From Pyrinomonadaceae bacterium (lineage in GTDB: Bacteria; Acidobacteriota; Blastocatellia; Pyrinomonadales; Pyrinomonadaceae), in contig JBGTIH010000062.1 in assembly GCA_041745765.1 (NCBI GenBank), positions 595 through 64,594 on the forward strand: 64,000 nucleotides of DNA, read 5' to 3'. This document shows positions 58,601-64,000 of this stretch, piece by piece. The translations under genes and the position numbers were made by a program. How positions within the stretch are numbered: position 1 is the stretch's first letter; each line of letters begins with the position of its first letter. The notes beneath the pieces were generated by a model that was not told the DNA's origin, did not search any database, and saw only the letters and a list, made by a program, of their open reading frames with translations.

Positions 58601-58789
58601 CGTTGCCGTTCGCTCAAAAGCGGTTCGCTCATTTTTGATTTTTATGACCGCATTCGGCACGATTGCGTTTTGTTCATCCGCAACGGAAACGCGCAAAGTT
58701 GCCGATGCCGTTTGCGCGTTTGCCTTCCAATTAAAGAGCAAAGCACATAACAGAAAGCCGAAAATGATTGATTTTTTGACATTCAACAT
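55655..58789 (-). CDS. TonB-dependent receptor with carboxypeptidase-regulatory-like N-terminal domain (candidate nickel receptor)
   Basis: 1044 aa. Signal peptide, then N-terminal TLRVSVADEQ...SAYILTVAAQGF block, then a barrel ending ...QLSAKVNF. A NikR-box-like palindrome lies on its promoter. Confidence 0.85.
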   Translation of the reverse strand: MLNVKKSIIFGFLLCALLFNWKANAQTASATLRVSVADEQNAIVPNAVIKIKNERTAFERTATTNADGSFVFSQLPPSAYILTVAAQGFAVSQSKIVLNVNDQSSLRIQLRVSSVSEVVEVTSTELITDSPAVSTVVDRQFIANQPLNGRSFQNLVELSPGVVITPSNLVNPGQFSVNGQRTSSNYLTVDGVSGNFGSVAATTPYEALGGAVPAYSVLGTTASLASIDAVQEFSIQTSTYAAEFGRQPGGQISLVTRSGTNRLNGSVFNYLRNDKLDANNWFANANRLARQPLRQNNFGAFVGGPVFIPKIFDGRNRTFFFFSYEGLRLRQPFVSEPLQVPSIEARNNATGVLKEILSAFPLPTGAPLASNPNVAPYIASFTNPAKLDATSFRIDHQINEKFNIFGRYNYSPSQDDQRARFCAASCVGRLTSKTQTLTIGSTMIFSANVSNDLRVNISKSKSNQTYFLDTFGGAVVPSQAALYPSFTNGSQGYILIEVNASGSNTLSDGLFSDFRQRQFNIVNTTNWTVGNHAVKFGFDYRRLFPASFSGFYKRQFLPGSIANLVANTPSSATIIAPQLELLPIYDNYSAFVQDTWRVNPNLTLSYGLRYEVVPAPDEKNGHLPPTVTDLSNFAKVTLAPAGTRFYETTFNNFAPRFGVAYKLPKFDAVIRGGIGIFHDLGYNFAGTAFSTGVYPFASITNLSNQTYTSPTFAAQSPPVNQNPPYPRIFAYENGYKLPYTVQYNLAIEKAFAGNNTFSLSYIGARGRRLGRAETIRSVNADFPRIDLATNGGFSNYNALQAQYQRRFSRGLQVLASYTFGKSLDNVSEEANNNLQARTDAFDVRNDYGHSNFDIRQSFNAAVSYEIPSIFKDGIGKMIFGGFGLDATFRARTATPVNIVSGVNRFNLGTTTVLRPDYVAGQPLYIDDRNAPGGRIFNRNAFVVPPASENRQGTLGRNVLRGFGANQLDLSLRRTFGITETLNIQLRADGFNILNRPNFANPIGVLPNANFGRSVQMLGNGLGGLSSLYQIGGPRSFQLSAKVNF

Positions 58790-58831
58790 AAGATGATATT
58801 CCTCTAATTTGTTAGCTATTCGCTGATTTGC

Positions 58832-58858
58832 GTGTTATGGATTCAATAATCGTAACAC
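58832..58858 (-). promoter_or_regulatory. NikR-box-like palindrome, GTGTTAC-N13-ATAACAC on the gene strand
   Basis: On the plus strand it reads gtgttat-ggattcaataatc-gtaacac, 43-69 nt upstream of the receptor ATG and just downstream of a -10-like hexamer. Confidence 0.55.
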
Positions 58859-58864
58859 GGAGGG

Positions 58865-58894
58865 ATAATATTTTCTTAAACTTTCGGATTTCAA
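58865..58894 (-). promoter_or_regulatory. Sigma70-like promoter candidate, TTGAAA-N18-TATTAT
   Basis: Read on the minus strand upstream of the receptor gene. The spacing and hexamers are plausible but not verified. Confidence 0.35.
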
Positions 58895-59049
58895 AATAAA
58901 AATTAAAAAAATTTGTACCGACGAAGCCGCACTAAAAAGCAGTAATTTTCGTATTTCTTATGTGCCGCTTTGTGGTTATTTACAATCTAAAGTTATTCAG
59001 ACAAGTTGGTTTAATATCAAAGACAAATATATTTTAGATCTTGAACAAT

Positions 59050-60045
59050 CTAATTTTTTGAGGCTTCTTTATAACCGCTCGGATTCGCTTCGTGCCATTT
59101 CCACGCGCTTTCGATTATTGATTCGATGTCGGGAAATTCGGGTTTCCAGCCTAAAACTTCACGCGCTTTTTTCGCGTCGGCAACGAGACGCGAAGGATCG
59201 CCCACGCGGCGCGGCGCGATGCGCGATTCGATCGGTTTTCCGGTAATTTTCCGCGCCGCTTCAACTACTTCTTTGACCGAAAATCCCGTTCCGTTTCCAA
59301 GATTTATAAACTGCGATTTGCCGCCATTGTTTAAAAAATCAAGCGCGAGCAGATGCGCCTGGCTCAGATCGGAAATATGGATGTAATCACGAATTGCCGT
59401 GCCGTCGGGCGTTGGATAATCGTCGCCGAAAATCGAAATAAATTCGCGTTTCTGTTGCGCGGCAAAAAGAATCAGCGGAATCAGATGAGTTTCGGGATCG
59501 TGATGTTCGCCGCACTTTTCGGTTGCGCCGCAGGCGTTGAAATAGCGAAGCGCGACATATTTCAAACCGTAAGCGCGGTCGTAATCCTGCAAAACTTTTT
59601 CGACCATAAACTTTGTCATTCCGTAAGGATTGACCGGATTTTGCGGATGATTTTCGTCAATCGGAACTTTTTGCGGTTCGCCGTAAGTCGCGCAGGTCGA
59701 GGAAAAAATGAATTTTTTGACATTGTTTTCGATCAAACAATCAAGCAGATGAAGCGTTTGAACAAAATTGTTTTCGTAATATTTCTGCGGTTTTTCGACC
59801 GATTCGCCGACGTAGGCAAACGCCGAAAAGTGCATACACGCGCTTATTTCGTGTGCTTGAATGATTTTTTCGACCAGGTTTTTGTCGCCGATATTTCCTT
59901 CATAAAAAGGAATTTTTGAATCAATGGCTTGCCGGTGTCCGTAGACGAGATTGTCTAAAACGACGACCGTTTCGTTTCGTGCCTGTAAATCTTCGACGAC
60001 CGCGCTGCCGATATATCCCGCGCCGCCTGTAACCAAAATTGACAT
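59050..60045 (-). CDS. galE: UDP-glucose 4-epimerase
   Basis: [14 protein letters not shown]..., YxxxK region ([10 protein letters not shown]), 331 aa. Confidence 0.9.
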   Translation of the reverse strand: MSILVTGGAGYIGSAVVEDLQARNETVVVLDNLVYGHRQAIDSKIPFYEGNIGDKNLVEKIIQAHEISACMHFSAFAYVGESVEKPQKYYENNFVQTLHLLDCLIENNVKKFIFSSTCATYGEPQKVPIDENHPQNPVNPYGMTKFMVEKVLQDYDRAYGLKYVALRYFNACGATEKCGEHHDPETHLIPLILFAAQQKREFISIFGDDYPTPDGTAIRDYIHISDLSQAHLLALDFLNNGGKSQFINLGNGTGFSVKEVVEAARKITGKPIESRIAPRRVGDPSRLVADAKKAREVLGWKPEFPDIESIIESAWKWHEANPSGYKEASKN

Positions 60046-60049
60046 ATAT

Positions 60050-60211
60050 AAAGTGGAAAAGTTTAAAGGTTTAAAAGTGAAAAAGTTTTTGGCGTATTTT
60101 GCGTTACGATTTAGTGAAAAATTAACGACTTTCTATTTGAAAAACTCAATTTACAATAATCAAGAACACATTTTCACTTTTAAACTTTTTCACAATTTCA
60201 CTTCTAAACTT
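60050..60211. repeat. Long-loop heptamer-word inverted repeat (AAGTGAA/AAGTTTA arms)
   Basis: aaagtggaaaagtttaaaggtttaaaagtgaaaaagttt ...~80 nt... acattttcacttttaaactttttcacaatttcacttctaaactttt. Confidence 0.6.
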
Positions 60212-62194
60212 TTAAGTTTCGAGTGCCGAATGCCGTGTTTTAATTAACTGTTCCGAGCCGACGGCTTTTGCCCTATTGACGGCAGTATTTTGTTTTTCGT
60301 CTTCCGTGATCTTCGCTTCGGGCAGAAAATGATTGAACAAACTGCGGATTTTGGGTTTGTCGTTTTCGCTCGTTGCCTGACGGAAACTGCTCAAAATCTG
60401 CGCGACTTCTTCGTTTGAATAAGTTGAAATTTTCCCGATAAAGATTTTCGGATGTTTGGTTTTCAGAAGATGTTCGCCCGTGATTTCAAGCTCTTCAAAG
60501 AGTTTTTCGCCTTTTCGCATTCCGGTAAAAATAATGTCTATGTCTTCATACGGCTGCAAACCGGAAAGCCGGATCATATCTTCCGCTAAATCCAGAATTT
60601 TAATGGGTTCGCCCATATCGAGAATAAAAATCTCGCCGCCCGCGCCCAATGCTCCGGCTTGCAGAACGAGCTGCGAAGCTTCGGGAATCGTCATAAAATA
60701 GCGCGTCATATCCTTGTGCGTGACGGTAATCGGCTTGCCTTGCTGAATCTGTTCGCGGAAAATCGGAATGACCGAACCGGTCGAACCGAGAACATTTCCG
60801 AACCTGACAGCCATATAATTTGTCGGGTAAATTTGATTCAAGCCCTGCAAAACGATTTCCGCGATGCGTTTTGACGCGCCCATTACGGAAGTCGGATTGA
60901 CGGCTTTATCGGTCGAGATCAGAACGAAATCTTTGACACCGGATTGTCCGGCGATTTCGCCGATCAGTTTCGTCGCAAAGACATTGTTTTTGATCGCTTC
61001 GGTCGGATTCGCTTCCATCAAAGGAACGTGTTTGTGCGCGGCGGCGTGAAAGACGACGTGCGGCGCGTATTCGGCAAAAATCTCGCGCATCCTTGATTCG
61101 TCGCCGATGTCCGCCAGAAGAGGAAGATAATTCAGATTCTCAAAATTTTTGCTAAGTTCGCGCTCGATCTGAAACAGCGGGAATTCGGTGCGTTCAACAA
61201 GTAACAGCAACTTCGGGTTGAATTCCGTAATTTGCCGGACAAGTTCCGAACCGATCGAACCGCCCGCGCCCGTAACCATCACGACTTTTCCGGTTAAAAA
61301 TTCGTGCAGATTTTTACTGTCCAGTTCGACGGGTTCGCGCCCCAGAAGGTCTTCGATCTGCACGTCGCGAATGCGGCTGACCTTGACGCGTCCGTGCATA
61401 ATCTCGTGCAGACTCGGCACGATTCGCGCCTTAACAGGAATTGCGCCGCAAATGTCCAGAATTCGCCGGATATCTTTGCCCTGCGCCTGATCAATCGCCA
61501 GAACGACTTGTTCGATATTCAGTTCGTCAACAAGTCTGGCTAAATCGTCAGTCGTGCCTAAAACCTTGATTCCATTAACGCTTCCGCCTTTTTTGCGTTT
61601 ATCGTCATCAACGAAACCCTTGATTTCAAATTCAGTATCGCCGCGTCCCAAAACGTCTTTAACAGCTAACGCGCCCATTCTTCCCGCGCCGACCATCAGC
61701 GTTGATTGTTTAACGCGGCGGCGTTTGCTGACCTGGAACGAGCGTTTTTCGCCGATTTCATAAACAAAACGGCGCACCAATCGAAGCGCGAGAAGTCCGG
61801 CAAACGCGAAAAGAGTGTCCATCAAAATAATCGAAAGCGGAACTTGCCATCGAATAAATTGGTCGGGAGAAAGCAGAAGTCTGACCAAAATCAAAATTAC
61901 CCCGGAAATAAAAGCGGCTTTTAAGAAGGCTTTGATGTCTTCAAAACTGACGTAACGCCAGATAATCGAATACGCGCCGACGAGGAAAAGCGAAGCGAAT
62001 TGAACAAGCACGACAAACGGAAGCTGATTAAGCGCGTTATTGAAATGATATTCGTCGAGATCAAACTCAAAACGCAGCAGGTATGCCAGAAAAAATGCGC
62101 CCGCTAAAACGGAAACATCAGCTAAAAACTGAAACGGTCGGCGCAGGAACCAAAGTTGTTCTTCTGATTGCTTTGTCTTAGAAAAAAAATTCAT
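60212..62194 (-). CDS. Membrane-anchored nucleotide-sugar 4,6-dehydratase/epimerase (CapD/WbpM/PglF-like)
   Basis: 660 aa. N-terminal 4 TM helices, two Rossmann motifs (MVGAGRMG, VTGAGGSIGSEL), and a CapD-type catalytic domain. Confidence 0.85.
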   Translation of the reverse strand: MNFFSKTKQSEEQLWFLRRPFQFLADVSVLAGAFFLAYLLRFEFDLDEYHFNNALNQLPFVVLVQFASLFLVGAYSIIWRYVSFEDIKAFLKAAFISGVILILVRLLLSPDQFIRWQVPLSIILMDTLFAFAGLLALRLVRRFVYEIGEKRSFQVSKRRRVKQSTLMVGAGRMGALAVKDVLGRGDTEFEIKGFVDDDKRKKGGSVNGIKVLGTTDDLARLVDELNIEQVVLAIDQAQGKDIRRILDICGAIPVKARIVPSLHEIMHGRVKVSRIRDVQIEDLLGREPVELDSKNLHEFLTGKVVMVTGAGGSIGSELVRQITEFNPKLLLLVERTEFPLFQIERELSKNFENLNYLPLLADIGDESRMREIFAEYAPHVVFHAAAHKHVPLMEANPTEAIKNNVFATKLIGEIAGQSGVKDFVLISTDKAVNPTSVMGASKRIAEIVLQGLNQIYPTNYMAVRFGNVLGSTGSVIPIFREQIQQGKPITVTHKDMTRYFMTIPEASQLVLQAGALGAGGEIFILDMGEPIKILDLAEDMIRLSGLQPYEDIDIIFTGMRKGEKLFEELEITGEHLLKTKHPKIFIGKISTYSNEEVAQILSSFRQATSENDKPKIRSLFNHFLPEAKITEDEKQNTAVNRAKAVGSEQLIKTRHSALET

Positions 62195-62456
62195 CTCGGT
62201 TATTGTCAGCTATACTTTGAAATTACTCGGCAAAAGCCAAACTGTCAACTATTAGAATAGTTAAGCCTCTTATATTTATTGGTAGAATCAATCTAATTGT
62301 AGAATTTGCCCGGCTTTTTCAGGCAGATTTAAAGCGTTTGTGAAATTATAACAGGCAACGGCTTCTACAAAAGGTTGAATCAAAGACGAGTCTGCGTTAT
62401 TCTTGTGCAAAATAAGAAATTATTTTATCAAAATATATATTTAAGTGAAAATTTTT

Positions 62457-63452
62457 ATGAAAATGAAGTTTGTTTTAGTATTTGCCCTTACATTCGGTTT
62501 ATTTCAAATTGCCTTTGGACAGATAAGTCCCATAACTCAAGATCAAGAAAGAGGTTATCTGGTCGGTCCCGGAGATGAAATATCAGTTAAAGTTCTCGGC
62601 GAACCGCAATTTGATACAGTTGCGCGAATTGATGAAGACGGAAAATTTCAAGTTCCGTTTTTTGAAGAAAGAGTCGCTGCCAGTTGCCGTTCTGAAAAAG
62701 AACTTCGTGCCGACATAACCCAGCTTTTGTCAAAATACCTGAGAAATCCGCAAATCAGCGTCAGCGTAACCGAACGCAAAAGCCGTCCGCCGGCAACGAT
62801 TTACGGCGCGATCAGAACGCCGCAGCAGATTGATCTGCGGCGCAAAGCGACATTGATGGAACTCATTTCGATTTCCGGCGGTGTAACCGAAGAAGCAGGC
62901 GGAATGGTTCAGATTTTCCGCACACAATCAGTAATGTGCGCTGAAACAACCGAAGAAAACACCTGGAAGGAAGAAGCCGGAGACGGAGTTGACGTTCCTT
63001 CAAGAATGTATAGTTTGACAAGTTTGCGTCTGGGGCGCGACGAAGCGAATCCCGAAATTATTCCCGGCGATATTATTATTGTGCTGAAAGCCGCTCCCGT
63101 TTATATTACGGGCGAAGTCGTTGCGCCGCAGGGACTTTATCTGAGAGAAGACGGCTTGACTCTGACCGAAGCAATTGCAAAAATCGGCGGCGTTCGGCGC
63201 GAAGCGAAAACAAAAGATATAAAAATTTACCGCCTTAAAGACAATTCAAAAGACCGCGAAATCATTGCCGTTAATTATGATCTGATCAAAAAAGGCGAGC
63301 AAAAAGATATATTGCTCGAACCTTATGACATTGTCGAAGTTGATAAATCGAAGAAAAGCATCGGTCAGACCATTTTGGAACTTGTTACAGGCGCAGGACG
63401 CGCAGGATTTTCTTCCGTAACCGGCGGACTTGGAACGAGAATTCTTTACTAA
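62457..63452 (+). CDS. Polysaccharide export protein (Wza-like, Poly_export + SLBB)
   Basis: Signal peptide, YLVGPGDEISVKV..., SLBB-like ...GDIIIV... and ...PYDIVEV... The start is the ATG at 62457, the ATG at 62463 or the GTG at 62445. Confidence 0.8.
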   Translation: MKMKFVLVFALTFGLFQIAFGQISPITQDQERGYLVGPGDEISVKVLGEPQFDTVARIDEDGKFQVPFFEERVAASCRSEKELRADITQLLSKYLRNPQISVSVTERKSRPPATIYGAIRTPQQIDLRRKATLMELISISGGVTEEAGGMVQIFRTQSVMCAETTEENTWKEEAGDGVDVPSRMYSLTSLRLGRDEANPEIIPGDIIIVLKAAPVYITGEVVAPQGLYLREDGLTLTEAIAKIGGVRREAKTKDIKIYRLKDNSKDREIIAVNYDLIKKGEQKDILLEPYDIVEVDKSKKSIGQTILELVTGAGRAGFSSVTGGLGTRILY

Positions 63453-63534
63453 TGGTGAAACTTTTTAATGGTGAATGGTGAATGGTGAATGATAAATGAT
63501 AAGAAATTTCTTACAATTTTCCATTTTCCATTGT
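63451..63534. repeat. Heptamer arrays (AATGGTG x4, AATGATA x2 ... TTTTCCA x2)
   Basis: Read directly from the sequence. The arms are only partially complementary. They use the same AATGGTG word as 35934-36014. Confidence 0.65.
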
Positions 63535-63537
63535 TGC

Positions 63538-63855
63538 CTATAATTTCTCGCCGATCAGATAAATCACCGGTTCTTCGCCGATGACGCGGGCGGAATGATA
63601 TGTGTTTGCCGGCATAAAATCGCGGTCTCCTGCTTCTAAAATGATCGTTCCGTAATTTTCAACCGTTACTTCGAGTGCGCCGGAGATTATCCAGTGCGAT
63701 TGGTCTTCGCGGTGGCTGTGCTGGGCGTAGCATCTTTCGGGCTGATCGCACCATTGAAAGACTTTGTAACCTTCGGTGAACAAAATATGCCGCAGCATCG
63801 CCGCATTCGGCGGATAGATTTCGCTCCATTTTTCGAATTGGTATTGTTTTCGCAT
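63538..63855 (-). CDS. Cupin-domain protein
   Basis: 105 aa with a two-His cupin motif region (...HSHREDQSHWIISG... and ...YHSARV...). Confidence 0.7.
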   Translation of the reverse strand: MRKQYQFEKWSEIYPPNAAMLRHILFTEGYKVFQWCDQPERCYAQHSHREDQSHWIISGALEVTVENYGTIILEAGDRDFMPANTYHSARVIGEEPVIYLIGEKL

Positions 63856-63913
63856 AAATTAAATTTTATCGCAAAAGTTTCTCTGCCTGCTAATGTTGTA
63901 TTACAATTCGTTT

Positions 63914-64000
63914 ATGATACAAAATCTTTCGGGCGCATCGGAAAAATTTCAAAATACGGTCGGCATCAACTTTCAGCTTTATAACTCGCTTTTCCTCTCG
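63914..64000 (+). CDS. 5' end of an unidentified gene running off the window
   Basis: ATG at 63914, then 28 open codons (MIQNLSGASEKFQNTVGINFQLYNSLFLS) to the window edge. Confidence 0.3.
   Translation, partial: MIQNLSGASEKFQNTVGINFQLYNSLFLS

Noticed and set aside
63694-63984. A 96-aa plus-strand ORF overlapping the cupin gene and the following spacer.
   Set aside because: It is antisense to the cupin ORF over most of its length and has no start context. A better candidate gene start is the ATG at 63914.

Overview
This is a chromosomal window with moderate GC content, judged by eye and not computed. It holds about 50 protein-coding genes. I recognised no rRNA, tRNA, CRISPR array, transposase or integrase. 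The gene content suggests Acidobacteriota: there are three very large TonB-dependent-receptor-like barrels with carboxypeptidase-regulatory-like N-termini and an orphan FtsX-type permease. That taxonomic call is inference.

Housekeeping and metabolic genes: mfd, lysS, ald, an HtrA/DegP protease, an RlmD-type methyltransferase, an aldehyde dehydrogenase, a Zn-dependent alcohol dehydrogenase, a methylmalonyl-CoA mutase catalytic subunit, cyanophycinase, hldD, galE, a CapD/WbpM-like dehydratase and a Wza-like exporter.

There is also a probable nickel-uptake locus on the minus strand. It runs TonB-dependent receptor, then NikA/B/C-like components, then a fused NikDE-like ATPase, then a DUF4198 protein. 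nikR lies about 3 kb away, and a NikR-box-like palindrome sits on the receptor promoter.

The most unusual signal is repeat biology rather than a gene cluster:
1. A ~100-bp palindromic element is present in at least two copies. One copy is translated in frame inside lysS. lysS also carries a single in-frame TGA at a conserved Leu codon.
2. Arrays of 7-nt tandem repeats sit in frame at four sites in mfd and one site in a PlsC-like acyltransferase. Two of these sites give the same peptide, NPKSKIQN.
3. The same style of heptamer 'words' builds at least 12 intergenic hairpins, some with long loops that look MITE-like.
4. There are two ~270-bp nested palindromes.

A stand-alone Rad52-like annealing protein sits behind a perfect 34-bp palindrome next to an AT-rich, gene-poor stretch. 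All functional calls rest on motif recognition from the translated ORFs. No database search was run.
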